Origin: Clostridia bacterium
GTDB taxonomy: Bacteria > Bacillota > Clostridia > Christensenellales > UBA1242
DNA length: 41,538 bases
Reading direction: 5' to 3'
Assembly (NCBI GenBank): GCA_045598865.1
Contig: JAZRVA010000013.1
Location: 1-41,538 of the forward strand
In this document: positions 1 to 8,515 of the stretch, in pieces
How the letters are laid out: every line of letters begins with the position of its first letter
How positions within the stretch are numbered: position 1 is the first letter of the stretch
Translations under genes and position numbers: made by a program
Notes under the pieces: model-generated
What the model was told of the DNA's origin: nothing
The model's database searches: none
Seen by the model: the letters and a program-made list of their open reading frames with translations, nothing else

Positions 1-2
1 TA

Positions 3-31
3 TTTACAAAAAATGTAAAAAAATGTAGAAT
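3..31 (+). promoter_or_regulatory. Sigma-A-type promoter, probably giving a leaderless transcript
   Basis: TTTACA (3-8), 17 bp, TAGAAT (26-31). The GTG start is at 38 and there is no Shine-Dalgarno. Confidence 0.65.
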
Positions 32-37
32 AATGTT

Positions 38-814
38 GTGAAAATTTTAAAAGATTTACAAAGATATTTTAAAGTATTATTTGTATTTTTATTTGTTTGT
101 GTAGTTTCTTTTACTGTTTATGGGTGTGGTGACCCGCAGACGGTTTTTTATTTTAGTTTTAAATCTAGAAATTTTAATATGGAAGTGGGGCAGGAAATAA
201 TGTTAGAAGACATAAATATTAGCTCTAACTTGCAAACATATGAGCATATGCACATGTTTTGTGAAGATGAAGAAATTGCAAAGATTTTTGGGTTTAAAAT
301 AACTGCACAAAAAGAGGGGACAACCAAAATAACACTTGCTGGTTTTGAAAATGGGCAGTATTTGCACGATTATTTTTATTTGACTGTTTCTGCATCTAGT
401 GGAGAGGGGAATAATGAAGGCTCAAATTTAGATCCAAGCGGTGAAGATTCAACTAACCCAGGTGGTGAAGGTTTAAGCACAGACCCAAGTGTAAACCCGG
501 GCGGTGAAGGAACAAGTGGTGAAGATGCTGAGGGTGGCAATAGTGGTGAAACAGAAGAATTAATTATTTACATTGATAATTATGAATTTCTTGAAGATGA
601 AGGTGAATTTATATACTCTTTTAATGTTTACAAAAATGAAAGTTTGTATCAGAATATAGCATATAGTTTTGTGAAAGGGAAAGAAGACGTTTTGAGCCAT
701 AGAAAAACAGGTGGGAATATTGAAATTGTTTGCTCTTCTAATGCTCAAATATCGGTTATGATAACAGACAATATAACCTCTAAAAGTATTACAGTTAATT
801 TGCCAAAAGAATAG
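38..814 (+). CDS. Putative lipoprotein with an Ig-like (Big_2-like) domain and a Gly/Ser/Glu-rich linker
   Basis: Basic N-terminus, hydrophobic stretch, lipobox-like VYG-C. 'IAKIFGFKITAQKEGTTKITL' resembles bacterial Ig-like group 2. The low-complexity linker has NPGGEG twice. Confidence 0.7.
   Translation: MKILKDLQRYFKVLFVFLFVCVVSFTVYGCGDPQTVFYFSFKSRNFNMEVGQEIMLEDINISSNLQTYEHMHMFCEDEEIAKIFGFKITAQKEGTTKITLAGFENGQYLHDYFYLTVSASSGEGNNEGSNLDPSGEDSTNPGGEGLSTDPSVNPGGEGTSGEDAEGGNSGETEELIIYIDNYEFLEDEGEFIYSFNVYKNESLYQNIAYSFVKGKEDVLSHRKTGGNIEIVCSSNAQISVMITDNITSKSITVNLPKE
455..510 (+). repeat. Intragenic direct repeat (39-bp period) encoding NPGGEG x2
   Basis: aacccaggtggtgaagg at 455-471 and aacccgggcggtgaagg at 494-510. 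Confidence 0.75.
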
Positions 815-845
815 ATTTAAAAGTTAAACAAAAGTTGTCAATTGT

Positions 846-886
846 TTGACTTTTTTTTGTTTTAAAAGTTATACTATTTGTATAAT
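846..886 (+). promoter_or_regulatory. Sigma-A-type promoter(s) for the giant surface protein gene
   Basis: TTGACT (846-851), 18 bp, TATACT (870-875). A second -10, TATAAT, lies at 881-886. Confidence 0.55.
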
Positions 887-916
887 TGATGTTCTGCAAA
901 ATACACTTATTTTTAC

Positions 917-932
917 ATGTTCATATGCACAT
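917..932. promoter_or_regulatory. Palindromic candidate operator ATGTTCATATGCACAT in the 5' UTR
   Basis: Matches ATG-NN-CATATG-NN-CAT, also found at 240-255 and 6370-6385. It lies between the promoter and the GGGAG RBS. Confidence 0.5.
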
Positions 933-950
933 GCTAAATGGGGAGTTTTT

Positions 951-3900
951 ATGAAGCGAATTTTAAAAACAATTTTGATATCGTTTCTTTGCGTAATTGG
1001 AGCCGTTGGCCTTTTGGTTGGTGGTTTTTATTTGTTTGGCGGAAACGAAGAAAAAGTGGTTTATGCAGAAGATTTGTATTTTAACATTACAAACACTGTT
1101 GTTGATGGGCCGTTTTCGCTAAAAGTTTCTACGAACACAGAGGGTGTTACAAAAAAGAAAGTAAGGCTGAATGTTTCCACTGGTGGGAATAGAATTTTGG
1201 ATATTCCACAATATGCAAACATAGATGAACCTGTTACAATTTATTTAAAGAAAGATGATAAAAACAATAATGTTGGTGGAAGTGTGCAAATTACTGCAAC
1301 GTATGATGATGATAATGCAAACGTGTCTGCCGTTGGAAAATGTGAAGTTTTGGTTGATGTGGGTGTGGTTTCTGCAACAATTTCTGTTTCTAGTGTTAAT
1401 GTTGTTCCAAAGCAGAGTATTTTGCTTTGCCCAGAAGATGAAGATATTTCTAAGTTGTTAAGCATTTATCCTTTAAAATCTTTAATACCTAACATGTATG
1501 AAGCTAGTGCCTTAAATCCTCAGAAAAAGAAACAAATTTGGATTGAAATGGTGGATTTGGTTACTGGAAATGCTTTGAATTGTGAAAGCACAAATTATGA
1601 TGCAAGGTTTATTGTTAATGGTGAGGAAAAGACTTCCAACATAATTGAAGTTAATTATCATTATGTTAGTTCGCTTAGCAGCCAAGCCGAGCCAAAACTT
1701 GTTTTTGATGACTCTGTTTACATAAAGGCAGGGCAAAGCCCTTGCAGTGTTAAGATTAATGCTTATGTTTGTTCAACCTTTAAAGAACAAGAAAAAATTG
1801 AAACAGAAGAAAAGCCAATAAATCAGGTGGCAACAGTTACGGCCTCCACTGGGTTTGAAATTGGAAATATTCAAATTTCTAATTTTAATTTTGATGATTC
1901 CACCAAAGAAATTTATTTGGATTTGAGAGAGAATAATAACAAGGCAGATGATGACTGCATTAATATTTTTGTTAACAACGAAGATGCTGGCAGTGGTGAT
2001 ATAAACCTTGGGCTTACGCTTGCTTCTAGCTCCGAAGGTGTGGAGATTGGGCAATATTATTTGTGGAACATGTATTTGAGCATTGACAATAAAGATTATA
2101 GGCTACTTTGCAATGGCAACAATGAGAAAGATTCTGAGCTTTTGACGGAATTTGTAAGGCTTAAATATGAAGGCATTTCTAGCTTAAAAGAAGACTGGTG
2201 TTGGAAAATTAAGTTAAACAATTTTTTGGCATACGAAAACGAAACTTTGTTTAACGCTCAACTTAAATACATAGAATATGAGAAAAATTCTGACGGAACA
2301 GAAGATGTAAGCAACATAAAAATTGAATTGCCTGTTCAAACTTTTAGAATTAAACCTATTGTTAATGAGGTAACGAATTTAGATGTTGTTTATAAAGCGC
2401 AGGCGGATGAATCTTTTAGGGTAAAGAGTGGAGAAAAATTTAGTTTGGCTGCAACTGATTTTAGGGTTACGCCGAACACTGCAACATTTGTGAAAGACAG
2501 GACAAATTATTTGCAATATTATTTGTCTGGGGCGGAAAATGATGACCTTTCTGCTTTGCCAAGCGCCTTTGTTAAAGATGTTTATTACAAAGCTACGTTT
2601 AGTTTTACAATAGATGAAAGTGCTAGCATTTATTTGGCAAATTTCTCTTATGGAAACTTGGTTTATTTGTATTTAAAACAACGTGGTTCGGACTTGGAAT
2701 ATTACAAGGACTATGTGGAAAATGATGAATCTTTAAACGAGACGAAACATTTTGACGCAGAGAATATTATAGACGGGTTTATAATTTTTAAAAATAGTGC
2801 TACAACTGCTGTTTTGGAAGAAGAGTTTTCTATTAATTTGGAATTCTGGAAGGAAACATCCACAGAAATATTTGCTGTTAACATCAACAAATTAATTGAT
2901 TATTCTGTGAAAGTTTATGAGGGCACAACCTATGAAAGCACGAAGGATGTTGTTAAGGGCTTTTCTAATTTCCCTTATCTTAGCGTTGATGGGTTGAGGT
3001 ATTACGCCGATTTTGATTATACAATTTATGATGCGGACCCAAGTGTTAAGTATTTAAGGTTGAAAAAATTTGCAGAATTTGAATCCAACTTAACCGCAGA
3101 AGAGGAAGCAAAGGTTTTTGAAATTGATGGCATTGGCAAGTTTACTATAACGGCGATTTTGGTTTTTGAGGACGTTGACGGGACGATTTATTGGTTAGAT
3201 AAAAGTTGTTTGGTTGATGTGGAAGTGTATCAAACGCTAAATTCTATTGTGGCTTATTCCTCAAAAGATGGTGGTGTGTTTGAAACAAACTACACAGAGA
3301 ACGACGAGAATAAATATTGGGTTTATGTTTCATCTAGCACAATGGACGTGCTTAAAAACTATGTGGATTACAACAAGCTTGAAGTTGGGTTTAACCAAAT
3401 TTTTGACGCAGACGCTTTAATAAATCAGCAGATTATTGACGAACACGAGGGGATAGAAAATATTAATGCTGACGCTATTATTTTTGACAGCAACTGGACG
3501 GCCGTTTATGACGAGGGCGTGCTGGTTGGGTTTAAAATTGGTTACACAATTAATGAAGTTAAAACAATTAATATTGGTTTGACGGAATACTCGCCTAAGT
3601 TTGAGATTTTTGTTAGAGTTAAAGTGGATGAAGAATATGTTTACTGCAACTTCTGCAACAATGAAGTGGGTGGTGTTAAAGATTTTGAAACTGGGAAGTT
3701 GACCGTAAACATAAAAGACGGCGTTGTTACAGAATCTTTTGTGTTATATGATGGCAATGCAAAAACACAGAGTGAGCCACTTGTTATTTACGCTTCGGTT
3801 GATAGTAACAAGGTTGTTTATCAAAACTTTAACGATGCGGATTTGAGTTATGGGTTTAAGAACGCTGATTCATCACTAAAAACAACAAACACATTAGACC

Positions 3901-5585
3901 TTGAACCATTAAATTGCAACAAAAACATTAATTTTACTGAACTCTACAATTTTGAGAGAAAAGATAATGGCATAGGTGGTTTGAGCTTTAAAAACATTCC
4001 TTATTATGATGACGGTGTTTTGGTTGAAATGGGTGTGAGTTCTTCAACAATAATGTCGTTTAATAGTTATTGGAAGTGGAACGGAACGGGTTTTGAAGAG
4101 ACGATGTATGATTTGACAAGCAGTATTTTTATTAAAATTTATGGGCTTGATATAACCATTACAGACAAAGAAAACGAAGTTAAAGGCAAAAAAGATGAAG
4201 AAGTTGACTTGTTTGGTTCTGGCGGATTGTTTGGCATAACCGTTAAGGGTGGAAGTTCTAAAACAACTTATACATCTATAAATGATTACTCAAACATTTT
4301 GGCGGTTAATAGTTTTAATAAGAACTTGGTGGTAAATGATAGCCTTACAAAAGTTACAATTAAACAAGATATTTTGCAAGACACATTGGCAAGCTTTAGG
4401 TTTGATGCGGGTGCTTTATCTGAAAGAAACTCTATTAAAGTAAATGGTAATTCGCAGGCAAGCGTGAGTGTGGTTTCTCCTTTTGTTGTAACATATACAG
4501 TAGGGTTTGATTGCCCAAATACTAATCAGCAATTTTATGAACTAACATATGATGGCTCTGCTGATTTGCCTGAGAATATTTCTACAATACTTTCTATTGT
4601 TCCATACAAAATTGATGGGACAGACGATGATTCGGGTGATTATTACAAAGATTTAAGTGGCAATGTGATTAATGATATTGCAAACTTGGCGACTCTTAAT
4701 GAAGATAAGACATTAAACTTTAAAACATACACTAAGGCCTATTGTTTTAATTTGAAATTTCAGATTATTCAAACAATTATTGACGAAGAAACAGAAGAAG
4801 AAACTAATAATTCAACATCTTCAATTTACAGATTAGTAACTATTACACCTATTTTGGAAGATACAGATTTGGTGGTTGGCACTTTTGACAATGTTAATAA
4901 TAAGTATTATTTAACCTCTGGTGAAACTTATTCTTTTGTTGATGGTGGAATAACGTATGGCACTAACTTTACACCGGAAATAAAAGACATGGTTAACTCT
5001 TTGCAGATTACTGCCGAAGATTTAAGCGAATTAACAGAAGATGACTGCGCAACGGTTGACAAACATGTTAAAATTGTTATTCCAACAAATGTTAGTGGAA
5101 AGCAGAAGATGGAAGGGTTTTCTATTGGCTTATATGACTTGAATTTTGACAAAGATGTTAAGTTTACATTTACATTTACGTTTAGTGATGGCGGATATTA
5201 CGTGTTTGAAAAAGTGGTTGAAATAAGAAAGAACACAGAGATTAACCTAAATCAAACAACACTGATAATTGGTGATGCTAACAACAATTACATAAAATTA
5301 AACGATGACAATGCTTATTTTGTTACAATTAGCGGAGCTCCTGCAAGCATTGACTTTGCAAATAAATTTTCTTTTGAAGGTGAAGACCCTAACACTTATA
5401 GTGAGAACAGCTTTGAATTTGATTCCACAATATTCTCGCCGGGGAAAGTTATGAGCACGTATAGGATTACATTAATTGGCACGCAACCAGGGGAGACTCA
5501 AATTAAATTTAAATACAAAGTTGAAGGCAACCAAGAATATATTCTTACGTTTGTGTTTAATGTGGAAATTGTTAATGCAGCTTAA
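951..5585 (+). CDS. Very large (~1544 aa) acidic, beta-rich extracellular protein with an N-terminal membrane anchor; function unknown
   Basis: GGGAG RBS at 941-945 places the start at ATG 951 rather than 846. One N-terminal TM (ILISFLCVIGAVGLLVGGFYLF); the rest is hydrophilic, rich in Asn/Asp/Glu/Thr/Tyr, with an alternating beta-strand pattern. Confidence 0.8.
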   Translation: MKRILKTILISFLCVIGAVGLLVGGFYLFGGNEEKVVYAEDLYFNITNTVVDGPFSLKVSTNTEGVTKKKVRLNVSTGGNRILDIPQYANIDEPVTIYLKKDDKNNNVGGSVQITATYDDDNANVSAVGKCEVLVDVGVVSATISVSSVNVVPKQSILLCPEDEDISKLLSIYPLKSLIPNMYEASALNPQKKKQIWIEMVDLVTGNALNCESTNYDARFIVNGEEKTSNIIEVNYHYVSSLSSQAEPKLVFDDSVYIKAGQSPCSVKINAYVCSTFKEQEKIETEEKPINQVATVTASTGFEIGNIQISNFNFDDSTKEIYLDLRENNNKADDDCINIFVNNEDAGSGDINLGLTLASSSEGVEIGQYYLWNMYLSIDNKDYRLLCNGNNEKDSELLTEFVRLKYEGISSLKEDWCWKIKLNNFLAYENETLFNAQLKYIEYEKNSDGTEDVSNIKIELPVQTFRIKPIVNEVTNLDVVYKAQADESFRVKSGEKFSLAATDFRVTPNTATFVKDRTNYLQYYLSGAENDDLSALPSAFVKDVYYKATFSFTIDESASIYLANFSYGNLVYLYLKQRGSDLEYYKDYVENDESLNETKHFDAENIIDGFIIFKNSATTAVLEEEFSINLEFWKETSTEIFAVNINKLIDYSVKVYEGTTYESTKDVVKGFSNFPYLSVDGLRYYADFDYTIYDADPSVKYLRLKKFAEFESNLTAEEEAKVFEIDGIGKFTITAILVFEDVDGTIYWLDKSCLVDVEVYQTLNSIVAYSSKDGGVFETNYTENDENKYWVYVSSSTMDVLKNYVDYNKLEVGFNQIFDADALINQQIIDEHEGIENINADAIIFDSNWTAVYDEGVLVGFKIGYTINEVKTINIGLTEYSPKFEIFVRVKVDEEYVYCNFCNNEVGGVKDFETGKLTVNIKDGVVTESFVLYDGNAKTQSEPLVIYASVDSNKVVYQNFNDADLSYGFKNADSSLKTTNTLDLEPLNCNKNINFTELYNFERKDNGIGGLSFKNIPYYDDGVLVEMGVSSSTIMSFNSYWKWNGTGFEETMYDLTSSIFIKIYGLDITITDKENEVKGKKDEEVDLFGSGGLFGITVKGGSSKTTYTSINDYSNILAVNSFNKNLVVNDSLTKVTIKQDILQDTLASFRFDAGALSERNSIKVNGNSQASVSVVSPFVVTYTVGFDCPNTNQQFYELTYDGSADLPENISTILSIVPYKIDGTDDDSGDYYKDLSGNVINDIANLATLNEDKTLNFKTYTKAYCFNLKFQIIQTIIDEETEEETNNSTSSIYRLVTITPILEDTDLVVGTFDNVNNKYYLTSGETYSFVDGGITYGTNFTPEIKDMVNSLQITAEDLSELTEDDCATVDKHVKIVIPTNVSGKQKMEGFSIGLYDLNFDKDVKFTFTFTFSDGGYYVFEKVVEIRKNTEINLNQTTLIIGDANNNYIKLNDDNAYFVTISGAPASIDFANKFSFEGEDPNTYSENSFEFDSTIFSPGKVMSTYRITLIGTQPGETQIKFKYKVEGNQEYILTFVFNVEIVNAA

Positions 5586-5606
5586 AAACAAAGGAGAAAG
5601 ATCTTT

Positions 5607-6326
5607 ATGAATTTGTTTGAAAATCAAAATTATTACAACAAGGAAGAATATGACAAACTAAGTTATGACGACCAAAAGGAACTTTTTATTAGGATAAGGT
5701 CTTGGGTGGCTACGGCTGACAATGACATAAGGTATAACAAAGAGAGATTTAAGAACCTTGTTATTAAAAAAATTGAACAAATTTGCGCCTATGCTTGTTC
5801 TGGGCATATTCCTTCCCAGGATTATATGGGATACATATACAAAAGAGGGTTTGATGAGTTTTTTCCGGTGAACTACAAAAGGTCGCTGGAATGGAACATT
5901 GTTGCTGCTGCAAATTGCAGCAAACTTGCTCCTCAAAAAATGAAAACTTTTATGAACCCTGCCATTGACATGATTATGATGAGTGAAAGGTGGGGGCAAA
6001 TTATTAAGTATAACGACCTTAATTTATCTAACTACTTTTGGTTTTTAAGCCAATATGTTTGCGATATTTTGTATAAAGAGTTGGATTTAAACCCTGTGGA
6101 GATGGCAAAGAAAGATTTGATTGAAGAAGACACAAACGAAAGGCGAACAAGAATATTTTTTGACAGGTTCCGTGACAGGAGTGTTGAAAAGGCAATAGAG
6201 GTTTTGATTAAGCAATTGCCAGAAGACATGCCTGTTGAAGAGGAAGAAGGGTTTGGTGAAGATTTGCTTAAAGATGAGAATGGCAACGACCCAGACGACA
6301 TTGACGTTAATATTGAAGATATTTAA
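5607..6326 (+). CDS. Hypothetical protein with a Sel1-like repeat and an acidic C-terminal tail
   Basis: AAGGAG RBS. 'GHIPSQDYMGYIYKRG...VNYKRSLEWNIVAA' fits a Sel1 repeat. It starts 21 bp after the giant gene, so is likely in the same operon. Confidence 0.7.
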   Translation: MNLFENQNYYNKEEYDKLSYDDQKELFIRIRSWVATADNDIRYNKERFKNLVIKKIEQICAYACSGHIPSQDYMGYIYKRGFDEFFPVNYKRSLEWNIVAAANCSKLAPQKMKTFMNPAIDMIMMSERWGQIIKYNDLNLSNYFWFLSQYVCDILYKELDLNPVEMAKKDLIEEDTNERRTRIFFDRFRDRSVEKAIEVLIKQLPEDMPVEEEEGFGEDLLKDENGNDPDDIDVNIEDI

Positions 6327-6327
6327 T

Positions 6328-6359
6328 AAAGACATGCCCAAGGTTTTGGGCTTGTTTTT
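6328..6359 (+). terminator. Intrinsic terminator
   Basis: aaagaca-t-gcccaa / ttgggc-t-tgttttt hairpin directly after the stop. Confidence 0.65.
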
Positions 6360-6369
6360 ATGATAAAAC

Positions 6370-6385
6370 ATGCACATATGTGCAT
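6370..6385. promoter_or_regulatory. Perfect 16-bp palindrome ATGCACATATGTGCAT upstream of rdgB (candidate operator)
   Basis: Fully self-complementary, intergenic, third copy of the ATG-NN-CATATG-NN-CAT motif. Confidence 0.55.
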
Positions 6386-6420
6386 TTAAAGTGTAAAACT
6401 TTTTTAGAAAACTTTTAAAG

Positions 6421-7011
6421 GTGGAAAATTTTATGATTTTTGCTTCGGGAAACAACTACAAAGTTAAACAGATAAAAGATTTGTGCAAAGGAAAAGTTGA
6501 TATTTGCGGGCTTAAAGATGTGAATATTAGCATTGAGGTGGAGGAAGATGGTGCAACGTTTGAAGAAAACGCAAAAAAGAAAGCTCTTGCAATTTTTAAC
6601 TTAACTCACGAGGAAGTTTTGGCTGATGATAGTGGGCTTTGCATAGATATTTTTGATGGTTGGCCGGGTGTTTACACTCACAGGTTTATTCCAAATTCCA
6701 CGGCAGAGGAAAGGAACAAAGAAATTCTTGAAAAGATGCAAAACGTTGATGACTCGCTTAGGGGGGCAAAGAACATTTGCGTTTTATGTTACTGCAACAA
6801 ACAAGGCGAAACGAAGATTTATAAAGGCGTTGTGAAGGGCAGTATTGCAAAAAGTCCTAAGGGGGACAATGTGTTTGGTTTTGACCCGATTTTTTTGCTT
6901 GAAAACAATAAAACTTTGGCAGAGCTTAGTGACGAAGAAAAAATTACTGTAAATGCCCGGAGCCTTGCATTTAAGGCATTTTTGCAGGACTATGAAGAGC
7001 AAAAAAGATAA
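6421..7011 (+). CDS. rdgB: HAM1/RdgB-family non-canonical purine NTP pyrophosphatase
   Basis: FASGN, EEDGATFEENAKKKA, ADDSGL, PGVYT, FGFDPIF motifs. An alternative start is ATG 6433, with RBS AAGGTGG. Confidence 0.9.
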   Translation: MENFMIFASGNNYKVKQIKDLCKGKVDICGLKDVNISIEVEEDGATFEENAKKKALAIFNLTHEEVLADDSGLCIDIFDGWPGVYTHRFIPNSTAEERNKEILEKMQNVDDSLRGAKNICVLCYCNKQGETKIYKGVVKGSIAKSPKGDNVFGFDPIFLLENNKTLAELSDEEKITVNARSLAFKAFLQDYEEQKR

Positions 7012-7019
7012 ATTTTGTA

Positions 7020-7048
7020 TTGACAAAATTCGCCGTTTATTTTAGTAT
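7020..7048 (+). promoter_or_regulatory. Sigma-A promoter of metK
   Basis: TTGACA (7020-7025), 17 bp, TAGTAT (7043-7048). Confidence 0.8.
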
Positions 7049-7054
7049 TATTAT

Positions 7055-7149
7055 ACCTATAAAGAGTGTGTGAGGGACAAGCCCGTTTGTAGCACACAGC
7101 AACCTAACAAATACTGTTTGTTAAGGTGCTAATGCTTGTATGATGGGAT
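7055..7149 (+). ncRNA. SAM-I (S-box) riboswitch aptamer, variant lacking P4
   Basis: P1 CCTAT...ATGGG, AAGAG, P2 GTGTG...GAGGGA...GCCC...CACAC, AGCAACC...AAGGTGCTAA core. Located directly upstream of metK. Confidence 0.9.
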
Positions 7150-7164
7150 AATATTTTTAGGTTT

Positions 7165-7193
7165 AAAAAAATCCCACGTTTGTGGGATTTTTT
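7165..7193 (+). terminator. Riboswitch expression-platform terminator
   Basis: aaaaaatcccac-gttt-gtgggatttttt. The P1 3' strand TGGGAT can alternatively pair with ATCCCA to form an antiterminator. Confidence 0.85.
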
Positions 7194-7213
7194 GTTTTAA
7201 AAGGAAAGATTTT

Positions 7214-8311
7214 ATGAAAAAGATTGTTACTAGTGAAAGTGTTAATTGTGGGCACCCAGACAAGACATGCGATTTAATTGCAGACAGTTTTTTGGATGAA
7301 GCTTTGAAGGTGGACCCAACATCTCAGATGGCTGTGGAGTGCGCCATAAAAAATGATGTTTTGATGATTTATGGTGAGGCTACAACAAAGGCAGACATTG
7401 ATTATGATGCCGTGGCAAAAAGAGTTTTGAAAAACGTGGGTTACACCAACGATTTTAAAATTATAAAGGAACTTTCTTGCCAATCTCCTAACATTGCAAA
7501 CGCGGTAAAGCAAGAAGAACTTTGTGCAAACGATCAGGGCATTATGTTTGGTTATGCAACTAACGAAAATAGATACTACATGCCATATTCCATTGTAATT
7601 GCGCACAAATTGGTTGAAAAATATGATGAATACAGGCGCAAAACGGACTGCTATTTTGCTGATGCAAAAAGTCAGGTTTCAATTGAATATGAAAACGACA
7701 AGCCAAAGAGTATAAACACGATTTTGCTTTCTGTTTCTCACAAAAAGGGTTTGCCACATACAAAGATTGTTGAGGATATGAAAAGTTTTGTGATAAAACC
7801 TGTGCTTGAAATGTTTGCAGAATTAGATAACGCCAACACAAAATTTATTATTAACCCGAGTGGGGAGTTTTATATTTGGGGTAGTTTTTCGGATAGCGGT
7901 TGTGTTGGCAGAAAAATTGTGGTTGACACATATGGTGGAGTAGGCAGAGTTGGTGGGGGATGTTTTAGCTCTAAAAACGCAACAAAGGTTGACAGGAGTG
8001 GGGCATATTATGCAAGGTATGTGGCAAAGAATTTGGTTGCAAACAATTTGTGTGACAAGTGCGAAATTGGGCTTAGTTATGCCATAGGACTTAAAGGGCC
8101 TATTAGCATAGAAATTAACACCTTTGGCACAGAAAAGGTGAGCCTTAATGGGATTTATGAAATTGTAAAAAACAACTTTGATTTTACAGTTCAAAGCATG
8201 ATTGACGAGCTTGACTTGCTTAAACCAATTTATGCCAAAACTGCTTGTTATGGGCACTTTGGCAGAGAGGAATTTCCTTGGGAAAAGGTGAAGAAGTTAA
8301 AAATTAAGTAA
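7214..8311 (+). CDS. metK: S-adenosylmethionine synthetase (divergent)
   Basis: TSESV..GHPDK, DQG, GRKIVVDTYGG, KVDRSGAY, YGHFGR. RBS AAGGA supports ATG 7214. Confidence 0.93.
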   Translation: MKKIVTSESVNCGHPDKTCDLIADSFLDEALKVDPTSQMAVECAIKNDVLMIYGEATTKADIDYDAVAKRVLKNVGYTNDFKIIKELSCQSPNIANAVKQEELCANDQGIMFGYATNENRYYMPYSIVIAHKLVEKYDEYRRKTDCYFADAKSQVSIEYENDKPKSINTILLSVSHKKGLPHTKIVEDMKSFVIKPVLEMFAELDNANTKFIINPSGEFYIWGSFSDSGCVGRKIVVDTYGGVGRVGGGCFSSKNATKVDRSGAYYARYVAKNLVANNLCDKCEIGLSYAIGLKGPISIEINTFGTEKVSLNGIYEIVKNNFDFTVQSMIDELDLLKPIYAKTACYGHFGREEFPWEKVKKLKIK

Positions 8312-8339
8312 TTGATTAATATATTAATTCAACAAATCT

Positions 8340-8377
8340 AAATATATTTGACTATTTTAAATATGTTTAACTATTTT
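8340..8377. repeat. Tandem 19-bp imperfect direct repeat
   Basis: aaatatatttgactatttt / aaatatgtttaactatttt (2 mismatches). Confidence 0.55.
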
Positions 8378-8467
8378 AAAAAGAGATTAACAATGTGGTT
8401 GGGGTTATTTTTGGCAATAATGAAATGAATTAAAACAATTTTAATATTTAAATATAATTTTTAACAA

Positions 8468-8507
8468 CAAAAAAAAGAATCTTTAAAAACAAAGGTTCTT
8501 TTTTTTG
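8468..8507. terminator. Bidirectional intrinsic terminator between metK and the TIR gene
   Basis: caaaaaaaaagaatcttt-aaaaac-aaaggttctttttttg, with an A tract on one side and a T tract on the other. Confidence 0.75.
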
Positions 8508-8515
8508 AATTTTTA

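Noticed and set aside
851-858. Poly-T tract in the promoter spacer of the giant surface gene as a phase-variation switch
   Set aside because: Only 8 T, and similar homopolymers are common throughout this AT-rich window; it would need read-level length variation to support.
846-950. Upstream extensions of ORF-track starts (also 7136, 12666, 20803, 21692, 30976, 31933, 38679, 40542)
   Set aside because: They run through promoters, terminators or a riboswitch. Downstream ATGs have a better RBS or match family N-termini.
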